Positions 39,099 to 52,424 are shown, counted from the whole stretch's first letter. The stretch is DNA of 63,397 bases, filler included, from Cercozoa sp. M6MM (GCA_040357565.1; 15 parts of 15 records of this genome joined end to end with filler, not necessarily neighbours in it), one strand, 5' to 3'. Notes: generated by a model not told the origin, from the sequence alone. Program-made: numbers and translations.

Positions 39099-40062
39099 GT
39101 ACTGTGCCGAATGACGACGCGTCTGCCTCGCTCCTACGTTCGGGCCATTGTGTCAACTGCGCTGAGACCCGAGACGCACCCTACTTGTTCAGAGTATTGT
39201 TACATACTTATCTCATATACAGATATGCATTATACATGTATCTGTATGTATCTGTATCTGTATATGTACATGTACAGAGCCCTATTCCAGGTGCTAACGG
39301 AGATGTTGCGCGCCAGTGTGTGCGTGGCCTCGGAGGACCTGCGGCAGTGGCCGGCGCTGTTCCGCGTCGACACGTTTGCCTCCGACCCGGCCTACTCGGA
39401 CGAAGAACGAAATGTTTTGCGACTGGAGTTCTCCTGGACACTCCGCTCGCGTGTAAGTCACGTGCTTCTTTCTTACCCCCCCCCCCCTCCCTGACCCCAC
39501 TACCTTCCCCTCATCCCAGCGAGCAGAGGCTTGCTTTGCATCGACGATAGTGGCCAAGCTGTTCGACTCTGCGGCGACGCAGCAGCTGGACATACGGCAG
39601 GTCTTCTTTGCCGACTTTGTGTGCCGCACCTGGACCTGCATTATGGCACTGGCGACGCGAATGCGCGCGACGGAAAGACGCGGCCTGGCGACGTTGGAGC
39701 GAGCGGCGCGTGCCCGAGTGGCCGCCGAACGCTTCGTCTGCTCCTTCCTGCAGCAGCAGGGCATTGCCGACGCCGTGCGACGCCACTTCCGCCGGGCCGA
39801 ACAGGAGCAACAACACGACTCGACGTCAGACTCAGACTCAGAGTCGGAGTCAGGGTCAGGGTCAGAGTCAGGCTCAGGCTCAGGGTCAGAGTCAGGCTCA
39901 GGCTCAGGGTCAGGGTCGGGGTCAGGGAAAGAGCAACAAAAACAACGACAGCAACTGCTCACTGTCACGCGCGTGCGCACGGACTGGCAGCAACTCGTCG
40001 ATTTCTGTGCTTGCTTCGACCCCCCGCAGCGTAGCCGTATCACCCGGCGTGTTACTAGGTGA
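39099..40062 (+). CDS. 3' part of a hypothetical protein with an SG/SE repeat
   Basis: Three exons with GT/AG borders; ORF 39550-40062. Confidence 0.55.
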
Positions 40063-41034
40063 CGTATACCGTACCAGACGTAGCAAGTACTAGCGAGCAT
40101 GGCCATGCATATGTATGGAGACGTACGTGACCGGACGTCCGTCCTGTCGTGACACCCACGCATCTGACGCATCGTCAGCTTTTCAACGCAATAATAGCAA
40201 TTGTGCACTGCATGTCTGCATCGCATCGCATATCCGGCAATCAAATTGCTCCGTTCTGTTAGACAGCTGCACGAGCATTACGGCGGCGCGATCGCGGGCG
40301 TTTCCATCGGTTTGTAAATGCAATGCACGGCCACCCAGGCAGCAGCACTGACACCTTGAAGATACTGAAGCGAAGTGTCAGTGTCCCAACTCCGAGGGAA
40401 CTTTAAAACGGGAGTTGCATGGCCACCCTCGCCTAGGACTGGCACAGGGAAGCGACGTACTCGCTACTACGTAGTTGGTTTCTTCGTACACCAAACTGAC
40501 TTCAAGTCAAGCTGCAAAAACTAGCCGGTACTTTTCCAAGGTCAGTTTGTGTTGTCAACGCGAACAGAAAATCAATTCCCCAAAAGTCCGAACGTCACAC
40601 ACCCTGCGCAAGCGTGAGGTGCAAGTGCTCTCGCTTTCATTGCGACTCGAGACTCTCCGCTTTGCGTAGTTTCGGCACAAGTTGGACTTTACTGAGGTAG
40701 CGCAAGCTTTCACTGGGCCAGGGAGGAACGCGATTGCGGGGCGCGTCGTTTTTTTGCTTTTCTGAGGTTTTGAGTTTGCGGGACTCGGGAAAGCCGAATC
40801 TCTAAAAGACAGTGCGTTGGGGACTTGCTTGTGTTTGTGTGCCGATTTTTTGGCGTGTCATTGACTCAAGCTGGGCGACGAAGTTTCCAGAATTTGGCTT
40901 CGCACTTGAGCGAGGTCAGCATCGAGTGTAAACTCCGAGTATTTCGTTTTTTCTTTGCAGCTCCGACCTCACGCGACGAGAAGAACCCCAAAGAAACTGA
41001 CTACAGTCACGCAAAAGTCAAGAAGAGGGAGCAC

Positions 41035-42211
41035 ATGAAGCTGTTGACAAGCGTGTTGCTGGGTACGGCTCTGCTCGCAGGAGTCGTCTGCGCCGACGAG
41101 CCTGCGGTTGAGAGTCTTGCTGTGGAGACTGCCGCTGCGTCGACTGAAACATCGCCGGCAGTGGAAGCCAAGGAGGCAGAAAAGCCCGAGTCTGAGGCAG
41201 AGAGCGAGGAGAAACGCCGCTGCCCATTGACTGTCCTGAAGACTGTCACCGACATGGGAATTAAGGCCGAAAAGGACCAGACCTACACCGATGCGGTCGA
41301 CAAGAAGATCGAGAAGCTCGAGGAGGTGGGTTTGCTTGCATACTGTCGGCTGTTTAACTCAGTTGGTTTTTTGGCTTAGAGCAAGGCGAACAAGTCCGAC
41401 GCCGATCAACACAAGATTGACTGCGAGATCGCAGCCCTTGAGGCGGTCAAGAACATGCTGGACAAACCGCTTCTTCTGCACTCGGTGTCGCAGTTCGAGA
41501 AGAGTAAGGTCATGGACAGCGTCAAGTGCTTGCGCCACGCGCCGGAAATTCTCTCACGCGCAGTGACAGTCGGTACACCTGTGCTTACCACTCGATTCTT
41601 CAACCAACTGACCTTCTGCGAGTAGAGAAGAGCGTCAACTCCGACAAGGACAAGACGTTGACACCTCCGACGGCCAAGTTGCGCCAGACTGTGTACTTCG
41701 CCAAGGGCTTTGACCTCAGTGGCTTCTTTGAGACACTCTCCGGCACGAGCGACCGAGCGAGCGCTTACGACAGTCTAGAAAAGCTGCCGCGTTTGGGAAC
41801 CTCTGTCCGCAAGGGCACCGGGTACCTCTTTTAAAATCATCTTGTTGGTAGTGTCGATGGGATGAGACTCGATTCCTTGTGTGTCTGTGCAGTGCCTGGA
41901 CCATGGACGCAGCAGTGCTCGATGAATCCGGCGCCACACTTGACGGCACGAATCTGCTTGTGCACTTGCCCGACTTTGAGCGCATGGCCGACGGTCTCGA
42001 CGACGTCAAGGCCAAGTTGAGATTCATCACGTCGCATCGCACCAACGAGGACGCCGCGCAGATGCTCGAGGACTCTGAGGTGCGTAAGATGTACAAGGAT
42101 TGCGGTGTCGATCCCAACGAGGGCAAGAGTTCTGCCATGTCAATGTCGGTCGCCACGGCCTTCGGTCTGGCCACCGGTGTCACCATGACGGCTCTGCACC
42201 TGCGCGACTAG
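41035..42211 (+). CDS. Secreted, probably GPI-anchored surface protein, 4 exons
   Basis: Signal peptide MKLLTSVLLGTALLAGVVCA; acidic linker; few Cys; C-terminal GKSS-AMSMSVATAFGLATGVTMTALHL resembles an omega site plus hydrophobic tail; introns splice in frame. Confidence 0.75.
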
Positions 42212-42973
42212 ATCGACACTGGCAGACACAGACATGAATTGGAAAAACATCATCGCCACTGTCCTGTCGTGCCTCGGTGTTCTCGAGCGTCGTCGTGCTG
42301 ACTGACTTGCTTAAACAACGACGCCTCCGACTGCAGTAGTTCTCTCCGTGGTTGTGATTAGTAGAGACTGTTGCTTGGTGGTGCATCCGCTTGCTAATCC
42401 GGTCAGAGGTGAACCGACAAAAGTGAAGCGTAAGTATCCTGAAACTGAACGAACTAAAGCTGAATCGACACTGAGATACGGTAGATACTGAGAGTAAGTT
42501 TACCTAGTTTAGTAGATAATTTGTTCCCTTGCACCAGTCCTGGGCAGTCACAAGCGCATGGCCGTAGTCCACCGCTGGATGGCCATCCAACTGCCAGCAC
42601 ACGCCATGATGACAAAGAAAGCACAGCAAACACGCCGAGTGCACGTGCACACAATAACGTCGAACACGTCGCCGTGGTGACCGTCTTGGCAGCAGTCTGG
42701 GCGTGGGTATCTGTCACGTTCTGCGAACACGTGCGCATCAAGCACATGCGCCTCTTGAATGTGCTAGACCCACAACAAGGATAACATTTTGTTTTTAAAA
42801 CGTATCCTCTAAGAGAATCGAACGGAAGGTGGTGTACAAATACACCAGAAACCTACAGTGTTGGAGTACAGAAGTACTGTACTGTACTCGTCGTGCGCAG
42901 GCTCAGTGGACACCTTTTTCTTTCTTCAAGTTGTTTGTTGTCGTCAGGCAGGCCAAACAAACATGCATGGCGA

Positions 42974-44060
42974 TCAACGACGACGACGACGACGACGCGA
43001 GCCGCGACGCGCCTCGATCGAACACGGCTGCGCGCTGCTCGAGCGAATGGCGATGGCACGGCGCAACTCCTTCTCCAGGAAGAGGCCGATCGCGAAGTGC
43101 ACGCGAGCCACCAGGCGGGACACCGACCACACGTCGATCTTGCGCGCCTGTTGCGCCACGAGATCGCGATGCGTCTGTTGAACTGCCGCCAGTCGGCGCT
43201 GCCGCTGCTGGCGACGCTCCCAGCAGACGCGGAACGACACGCCGCGCTTCTGTTGACGCTGCAGCTGCAAGCGCACGCACTCGCGGGCTGCCTCGTCGCT
43301 TCCGAGCAGTTCCAGCAAGTGGCGCTCGTGCTCGCACCCGGCTGCTTGTGTCGCCGGCGACTCTTGCGGCAACTGCAACTCTTGCCGCGGTTCTTCTTCC
43401 TTGCGATTGGGCGCACGCATGCACCCAATGAATTTGCTCAGGACAGTCTGCACACTCGCACAATGAGCAATGAAACACAAATACAATACATCTACCAGGC
43501 ATGCCGAGTTGCCGTGCCCGACAAGAACACAAGACCAAAACACGACAACAGAAAACAAAAACAAAAACAAAAACAGAAAGAAAAAGGATACTCAAGCTCC
43601 GCGCCAAAAAATACGATGACACGGCACTCGCAACAACACCAAAGCACTCCCACAGCGCATTCTGACACCAGAGACAGTTCAAGTCTACGCCAAGACAGAA
43701 AAACATACCATCCCAAAGCTCACAACTCTGTCTTCTTAGTGCTCCAGGCACTTCTCTTGCTTTATCTCGCTTGTTCTTGTACAAGTCTAACCTACAATGT
43801 GTGTGTGGTGAGAGTCTTGTAGATTTTTTGTTCAAATCGTCCAAATCGCGTGCCGTGCACTCAATTTTTGCCACAAAAACCAGCACAAATCACAATTTCG
43901 TTGGGTGTCAGCGTGGTATACTACCAACACGGTGACGCTGAGCCCGCCACGCCACATAGGTCCAGGCTCACTGCAACGACAGTGCATAGATTAGACGTCA
44001 GTTGGGCGCAGCAGTGGCTCAGAAACTCACAAAACCCACGTGACACCTTCCGACAAGCCC
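42974..44060 (-). CDS. Hypothetical protein fragment
   Basis: Protein-like exon TVLSKFIGCMRAP...LVARVHFAIGLFLEKELRRAI plus upstream short exons. Confidence 0.4.
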
Positions 44061-44160
44061 NNNNNNNNNNNNNNNNNNNNNNNNNNNNNNNNNNNNNNNN
44101 NNNNTTAATTAATTAANNNNNNNNNNNNNNNNNNNNNNNNNNNNNNNNNNNNNNNNNNNN

Positions 44161-44330
44161 TGCGGAATGTTGACTAGCTGGTTCATCGCTTGCATCACCT
44201 GTACCGTGTCCAACACACATACACACGTGCACACACAGACATAGATATATACATATATATTGTACCTGGGTGGAGGTGTGCATCGTGCGTGCCACACGCA
44301 GCGAAGCCTGCATGGGGTCAATGTATACAT

Positions 44331-44401
<71 letters not shown>

Positions 44402-44970
44402 CATATATATATCTCTATATATATATATATAAGGAAAGTACCTGCTGTTCCTTCAACTGCAAAACCGCGCTGTTCAGGTGCGCCTTGGTCATGTACTGCT
44501 CACATACACAAGAACACATACCTGGGTATACGTATACAGGGGGTGAGCACAAAAAGACACCATGCGCTCCTTGGTTTTGCGTGTGCGCACCAGCGACTTG
44601 GCCATCGTCCGCACGGCGCGCTGGTAGGCCGCGCCCTTCTTGGCTTCCCTCTGCGCTCGCAGTATCATTTACACCGAGACGGGTGGAAACACACACACAT
44701 GCACACACTCACCTTGATATCGTTCTTCATTTTCATTTCTTCTCTGTCCAACTCTAAAGAAATGCGATGCACAAGAGTGTTCATTGTCCATCAGCAAGCA
44801 GGCAAGGGTACTGCGAATTTCGCGGTCCATTTTTCGCTGCTCTGACTTCAGCTGTCGCTCCCTTCGTGCACACAACAACATACACATACCGGATAGTGTT
44901 CACTTGAAGTGTGTAGTCACCAAGTGCGTGCCTGCTCGGCGGGCGAGACTTTTTTGCCAAACGAGAACAT
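44161..44970 (-). CDS. VPS24: ESCRT-III subunit VPS24/CHMP3, 3' truncated
   Basis: MFSFGKKVSPAEQARTW|ERQLKSEQRKMDREIR|..EEMKMKNDIK|..MAKSLVRTRKTKER|..TKAHLNSAVLQLKEQQ|ASLRVARTMHTSTQ|VMQAMNQLVNIP. Confidence 0.92.
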
Positions 44971-45491
44971 TTTTCCTCCCCCTCTACTGAACTTCTTAAC
45001 GTGTGCTATCGCGCTCCCAAGCGTGCTCAGACTTTGTGGCACAGCTGACACACCGCTATAACTACTCACAGAGCGTTCGTTTCTGAGAGGGAGCAGCAAA
45101 ATGAGGATCAAGCGTTCTGATCAAAGGTCAAGTTGTCAGCAGTCGATCAAACCTAACGGACAACTTGGGCGCGTCACATAAGCGTAGTCTACCGCCAATT
45201 AAACGAGCTGAACTAAATCGCTTTCATGCTGAAGTAGTGCCGATTTCGGGTATTTTGCTCTTGCTGCAATTAATCGCTGGTCTGAGACACGTGCCTGCCA
45301 AACACAGGTCAGGGGCACGCCGCACTGTCTTCGGTGTTTCGGTCTAACGACCCGGCTAAAATCGAGCCGAAACCAAGTAGAGCAGAGGTGTGTTTAGACG
45401 ACGCTGGTCACAGACAGCTCCTAACGCTGTGACAGCCTGTCGTCTTTCTGGGACTCGAGATTCAGTTTGTTTTTTGTGTTTCAATCCCGCG

Positions 45492-46850
45492 ATGTCTTCA
45501 GGTGAAAGCGAACAGGTTTTTGGTGCTGTATCTACAGAAAAGTTCTCTATTTGAAGGTTTGCTTCGACAGGAAGACCGCGTGCCCGAGCTTCGAACTGAT
45601 TCGAAAGCCAAAAAAGCGCAAGATGACTTTGCTGTCAAACTCAAGCGACGTGACTCACTCACAGTAAAGGGTTGCACTTAATTCTCTGATATAGGATACA
45701 GTGTGTGGAATCTTTCTTAGTCACACGTGCGGAAGCAGCGAACCGAAAAAATGCGTACACAGCGCTCCGGTATTTTTAACGATAACTGACTCGGAGGCGT
45801 ATGCAAACTGAACTTTCGCTATTGGTTTGTTCCTCAGGAGTGACGCGATCGCTGTCATCGACGCAACTGAGCTCGCCGAAAAAGTCACTGACGCCAAAGA
45901 GTTACCCAGAGTCACCTGATGGTAACTTAATTGATGCAGTTATTTGCCACTTTAACTATAATATATGTGGACTGCATGCAGTCCAGTTCGTGGCACGAGT
46001 CAAAAGAAGTGACACACTGTCGAAACTGCGCAGGTCTGACGCAGAAGAAATCGAGCGCTTCGCTTGTATCGATCTGATATGATCAGTTTGATTTTTTAAG
46101 TTGATGTAAACTCGTTTTGTTTGTCCCCGAGCAGTGGGAGGCGCATCGAACGAGTTTGAGGCGATCCACGAAGAGAGCGATGAGCTGGAGTCTGTCGACA
46201 TAGAGACAGAGTCCGCCGACAACGAACCGGTCGATCGACCACTATTTGTGCGGCCAGCACCGGGTACTGTCTCGGCCTGTTCAATCACTCCATAACCGAA
46301 CGTTTGCGACAATCTGCAGTGGACCCAGGACCAACAATACTCAATCACTCGCCTCGGTCGATCACTTGTTGTTTCATACCGTATTGTATAAATTTATATG
46401 TACACACTGACACAGGTACCGGAGGTACGGACAGACACAGGTGGAAGAGGTTCCAGTATCGCCCCAGTTCAAACTGGACGAAGAGTTGGGTGCGTTCAGT
46501 GTAGTGAACTTGAACGATACAGTATCGGAAAGGTTATTTTCCAGCTGAACTTGAAACACCAAAGTCCACGCGGCGACTCACACTGCCAGCCAGTGGTGCT
46601 GGGGTACCCAGTACTTACACAGTTGCAACTGAACACAGTGTTTATACTGATGTGTCACGGTTGTACTAATAATGAAATAGGAGTCAAAGCAGCAGGCACG
46701 GTCTCTGAGTGGTCACCGCAGCAGTCGCCGCAGCGCATCGGAAGTCGCCGGACAGCGTTTCTTCCCGTAACGTCACGGGTTGCCATGTCTGTTTACCGAT
46801 CGTAGCACTCACGTCACACGAATGGACGGGAGACCGACACCACGTCAGTG
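45492..46850 (+). CDS. Hypothetical multi-exon acidic/disordered protein
   Basis: ATG 45492 and a series of short exons (EDRVPELRTDSKAKK; EFEAIHEESDELESVDIETE). Confidence 0.4.
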
Positions 46851-47006
46851 GGTGTAAAGATCTAGACTATGGATGTCGTTAGTTTGAGTTCAACTGAATC
46901 TGGACTGAATCTGTTAAGAGGCCAACGCACGGCAATGCAACAAAGTTCCGTTCTGTGCTCCGTAATTCGACACAATCGATCGAGTAAATTGAATCCATCG
47001 CGAACG

Positions 47007-47530
47007 TTAACGCAGCCGAAGATTGGCGCTGTCGTCGGCGTCGCCACGCAGTGCAGCGTGCAACCGATCTAGCAGCAGCAGCAGCCGAAAAGCCAGTGCG
47101 TCCGCTGGTGTACACGTAATTCATAGAATGCATAATACACGGGTATATATATATATACATATAACGTTGCTGTACCAGGAGGCAACTCGGCAAGGGTGCA
47201 CTCGGCGCGAGCGGCGGCCTGCGCAAGCGCCGCGTTGACTCGCATCGACACAGACGCGTCTCGCTCCGACAGCACTCTCTGCACACGCCCATGACATTAT
47301 ATAACAGAGATACATAAATATATATATATATATATATATGTATAGGATGTAGATGAAGACGTAGCGGAGGAGGTACCTCAGCATGCAAAGTGGACGCGAG
47401 TGCACACCAGCGGAGTGCGCACATGACCGTCTGCCGCGGCCGGAACAGAGCCAGGAAACCCTCGATACGTGCTCGGAAGGAATCGAAATCGGCCGGCGTG
47501 GCACTCGGTGTTACTGGCGCCGCGTGTCCT
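47007..47530 (-). CDS. 3' part of a hypothetical helical protein
   Basis: DFDSFRARIEGFLALFRPRQ...|RVLSERDASVSMRVNAALAQ...|DALAFRLLLLLDRLHAAL. Confidence 0.45.
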
Positions 47531-47694
47531 AGGGTAGGATATGGGTGGGGGTATGGGATATGGGTAGGGGTAGGGGTATGGGATATGGGTAGGGNNNNNN
47601 NNNNNNNNNNNNNNNNNNNNNNNNNNNNNNNNNNNNNNTTAATTAATTAANNNNNNNNNNNNNNNNNNNNNNNNNNNNNNNNNNNNNNNNNNNN

Positions 47695-48650
47695 TTCCCC
47701 GGGTAGTGGCAGTCCGTCGTCGGCGGTGACGGCGGACTTGGTGCCGACGGAGCTGTCGCTGAGCAACGGCGCCGTGTTCCTGCGCAACGCCGTGTCGCTG
47801 GCGCGGCGACAGCAGTCGGCGGCGTCGCTGCTGGCGCACGCCCATCTCATGCTGTACACCTGTTTTACCCCATACACACATACACACATATGCACACATA
47901 CACACACACACATGCACGCCTTCTTGATTTGCTTTTAACCCCCCATTTTACCCCCCCCCCAGTGCGTACACGTTGCTGTCGCTGGGCGCGTCGCGAGCGG
48001 CGCTGCAGCACGCGCGTGCCGTGGCCTTCGACGAGAGTCAGCAGGAGCCAAAAAAGGAACTGCGCTTCCTGGCGCGGCTCTACTGCAGCGAGGCGTACCT
48101 TAACTACTGTCTATCTTGTTAGTGTGGTCATGCTTGTTGCTTCCGCGCGGACAGGTACTGCATGCTGTCGTCGCTGGAGCAAGCTCAACGCGCACTCGAT
48201 ATCGACGCCGATGACTGTGCGTTTCGCTTCCTTTACCCCCCACCTCTTTACCCCCCACCTCTTTACCTCTTCCTCCGGTAGTGCCGCCGCCTCAACAGCC
48301 AATTTCGACGTTCTCACGCGAGGCGTGGTATCAGGTAGCTTGCTGTTTACCCCTTTGATAACATACCTCGCTGTCTTACCCCCCCCCCGCGCCAGGCGCA
48401 AGTGCCGCGCTTGGCAGTGGTACCGCAGGCGGCACTGTACATCAACCTGTCGACGGTGATGCTCCTCAAGGGCGATCTGGCATACGCGCGGAAGTACGCC
48501 ACCAGTGCCGCTCGTTTGGTGCTCCAACTTGCACCACTTTACACCCTATCCCTCTCTCTTTACCCCCTCCTTAGTGCCCGGGACTGCCGCCGGCGCTGCG
48601 ACAGCTGGTGTACATGTCGCTGGCCGAGGGACGCACGCGCGATGCCTTGG
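47695..48650 (+). CDS. CNOT10: CCR4-NOT subunit 10, internal/C-terminal fragment
   Basis: LSLSNGAVFLRNAVSL; AYTLLSLG..AALQHA; LRFLARLYCSEA; AALYINLS...GDLAYARK; LVYMSLAEG follow the CNOT10 TPR-like C-terminal motifs. Confidence 0.85.
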
Positions 48651-48688
48651 TAGCACTCCCTCCGCCCCCTTCTGTCGTGTGTGTGTGT

Positions 48689-48723
<35 letters not shown>

Positions 48724-48823
48724 NNNNNNNNNNNNNNNNNNNNNNNNNNNNNNNNNNNNNNNNNNNNTTAATTAATTAANNNNNNNNNNNNNNNNNNNNN
48801 NNNNNNNNNNNNNNNNNNNNNNN

Positions 48824-48881
<58 letters not shown>

Positions 48882-48945
48882 GGCTGTCCATTTGTACCAG
48901 TCTGTAGCCACTTTACGTTTTTCTGGGGTCCGTTTGTACCGATAG

Positions 48946-49617
48946 ACTAAACTGCGGGCAGAACGCGAAACACTCGAAAAACGCGTCGAAACGGCCGAAG
49001 CTTCTGCCGAAGGTTTCTTTTATTCTTTACCCTCTTGTACCTCTTTTACCTTCCCCCTTGTACCCCTTTTACCACCCCTTGTACCCCTTTTACCCCCTTA
49101 TCCTCTGTTTCCTTTCTTTAACCGATTAACCTCCTGATAGAGGCCAGACAAGTCAATGCGGTGCTGAAAGAACAAGTGTTGGACGTGCGCGAACTGCAGC
49201 AGCAGTTGCGACAGCGCGACGACGATCTGGCGGCGGTTTGCCCCCCCCCCATACTCCCTTTAACCTTCTTACCCCCTCCCGTGTCACATAGCTACGCTCG
49301 CAAATAGCGGAATTGAAAAGTTCCGCCGACGATTCGAGCGAACTGAAGGCGTTGAGGTCTTACCCCCTACGGCCCCCCCCCCCCAGTAGAGAGAAGGTAT
49401 GTGTGCAGGGAAAAGCAAGCGCAAAGTGAGCAACTCATGGCCGAGATGCTGTATGTCTTCCTAAGACTGATACCTGACTGATACTGATACCCTGACTGAT
49501 ACTGATACCTGCTGACTGAACTGACTTGGCGCAGACAGGCACTGCAGCGAAGCGACGCCGAACTGGCGCAGCTGCGGCAGCAGAACGAGCGACTCACGCT
49601 CCTCATAGACGGCTGAC
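48946..49617 (+). CDS. 3' end of a coiled-coil protein
   Basis: Five short heptad-rich exons ending LRQQNERLTLLIDG*. Confidence 0.55.
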
Positions 49618-50412
49618 GTGACGTGACTCGGCAGTCTAGTTATGGCAACGCTCTCTGGCATGAACGTTTTGTTCTGACCCCGATTCGATTCGTAAGTTAG
49701 TTCAGTCTACTAAGAAACCAACCATGTAGATTCCCTGGTGGAGTGGGTCACAAGCATGGCCGTAATCCATCGCCCGCTTAAGGTGGGCCATCCAACTCGA
49801 TCCCTTCTAGGGTACCCGCCCGATTCGATTAATGCGCAATGCACTGTTTCATCTCCGTATGCTGCACCGGACGCGTACTTACTGTTTCAGCATTCGCGTC
49901 GATGTGTTTTCTGTCAATGTTGCGTGATATACTGTTCATACGAGATACCGCATTCTACATACGCCCGCCGGTACATCGAGTATGGCATGTGAGATGGTTC
50001 AGTATCGTAATTTACAGTATCGAGGCGGTCAAATACGTACGATCGGATTACATGCGCTGCAGCCAAGTACGATACGTACAGTAATTTACGTACCATACAG
50101 CCTGGGTGAGCTGACTGCTGACGACTTTAAGTGCGTAGCTTGTCGCTCAAATGTGCATTTTCATGAAACTAAGTTACAGCTCGAATGTGCATTTTCATGG
50201 ATCATCGGAGGTACAGTGTTGTACTCATCAGTCGTTGCTACAGTGCGCTAATCGATGACACTCCAATACGAACGCTACGATCGTACCATGCAGGTCGTGA
50301 CCCGCGAGAAACCCCTAGAAACGCCGCGGAAGCGGGAAAACTCTGCCCGGACCGGGTCTCCTACCTGGGTATAAGTGACTGCGACTGGAAGCAGTCAGAA
50401 AACTACTGGAGT

Positions 50413-51758
50413 ATGAAACTACTTTCAGTCGGGAGGTTGGCTTTGCTCGCTGCCGCGGCTTTGGTCCATCGGGTTCTCGGGCAGCACAATTCATTGGTTT
50501 CTCCGTTCTCTTAGTTCACTTTTTTGTCATGCAAGCACCTTGCAGTTTGTGTTGTGTTGCCATAGCCGCGCACTGCCATGCCCCAGCATTCGCAGGTGTG
50601 GCAGGAGTTGGGCTTACTGTCGAAAAGGGCGACCGATCGAACTTGTCAGGATGACACCATCTGCAGGAATGGGCTGTGCCTCGCAGTGCCAGTCTGCGGT
50701 GAGGGCCAAGTTGCCGCACTTGTGTCCCCAGGTACCGTAAACTGTCATGGTGTGATGGGTCTATGTAAAATTCTCCCAGTGGTGCACCGGGGTGTCGAGT
50801 CAGCCGTCGCTCGCACTGACGTTGTCTCGAGTGAAGGGTGGCAATCTAGACTGCTCCTTGGACAGTACTGGGAACCACCTGCAGTACGCGGCGCTGCTCG
50901 GATTCCGTACTCCCATCGTTAAGGGAGCGACCAAGGTGCGCGCATCCCTACGTCTCGGAGTCGATGGTATTGTGGACGACAGGACTTTTGCCAAGGTACC
51001 TTTAAATTTAGATCAGACACGCCATGTGCACAATGATTCTGTAAATTAGTTCTGGATCGCAAACATTGACGACACGTCGCTGACAAAACTGGAGCTGAGT
51101 GACTGCGCCAACGAAAAGGAGATTATTGGGCAGCTGCGACACAAGGGGCTCATGGGCAGGGAGATCGCTCTGGTCAAATCGCAGAGACAGGGTGGCCTGC
51201 TCGATATTGGCATGTCGGCCGAGATGCAGACACTGGTGAAGGGACCGCACTGGCGGTTCAATAACATGGTGTTGGTGCTGCTGACCTTCTCGGAGGGTGC
51301 ATATGCTTCCGGCAACGGAAAGAGTACCGACGAAGGCTTACACATTGCGGTATCACCAACCTTTTTTTAAATTATGCACTTGCAAGTTCAAGTACCACCC
51401 ACATCGTGACAGGTACAGTCTTCCGAGATGCTCCTTAAGTTTGCACGTCCGCAGGTCATGCGAAGCAAGTGGATCTATGGGTACAATATGCGCATATTTG
51501 TTTAAACACGCTTGTATATTCGTGCTGTTGCAGCTACTGGGAAAAGACTAAGCATCGTGCAGATCACAGTCTGTGGTACCCCGAGAACTGGATGTTAATG
51601 TCCGGTAAAAGTATGTCCACAGGTACGGAGACAAGAAGCCAACACCTACAACAACAACAGCGACGACTACACCTGCAACAACAACAACGACTACTACACC
51701 TGCAACAACAACNNNNNNNNNNCTACACCTGCAACAACAACAACGACTACTACACCTG

Positions 51759-51811
<53 letters not shown>

Positions 51812-52230
51812 ACGACAACGACAACAACGACACCACCGACGCCGGTTCCGCTCAAGTTCACAACCTGCGATACTAGTGGGGCTACAGGTCCCACTCAGAC
51901 CAACTGTGACAACCACTACACCGATCCGGCCTTCGACGATCTGGAGGTCGTAAACGGCACGCAGCTGTACACACTGCCAGCCACTGGGTGCTATGAACTC
52001 ACCGCCATCGGCGCCAATGTACGTTGCTTCTGAAACTAGACTCGAGCTGTAGACGTACATGTACTAAATTTACATGTACTGCAGGGTGGGTCCGACACCG
52101 ACGGCATGGCCGAGAGCGACGGCGGGGTTGGAGCTTCGATCACGGCGCAGTACGACCTAAGCGCGAGCGACGTGCTCACCATCGTCGTTGGCCAGGCAGG
52201 CGAAAATGGCACCGACTGCGGAGGGGGAGG
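50413..52230 (+). CDS. Secreted/surface protein: signal peptide, Cys-containing N-terminal region, Thr-rich mucin stalk, ALK/LTK-type glycine-rich domain; 3' truncated
   Basis: MKLLSVGRLALLAAAALV; poly-Thr at 51640-51850; FTTCDTSGATGPTQTNC...GTQLYTLPATGCYELTAIGAN|GG...GGVGASITAQYDLSASDVLTIVVGQAG matches the ALK/LTK motifs FTTCGAxGxxGPTQxxC, GIQxWxVP, YxIxAxGAxGG, LxILVGQxG. Confidence 0.8.
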
Positions 52231-52244
52231 TGCTGTCCGACAGC

Positions 52245-52292
<48 letters not shown>

Positions 52293-52424
52293 NNNNNNNN
52301 NNNNNNNNNNNNNNNNNNNNNNNNNNNNNNNNNNNNTTAATTAATTAANNNNNNNNNNNNNNNNNNNNNNNNNNNNNNNNNNNNNNNNNNNNGGGGGGGG
52401 TAAACAGGGGGGCAAGGCAGCGAA

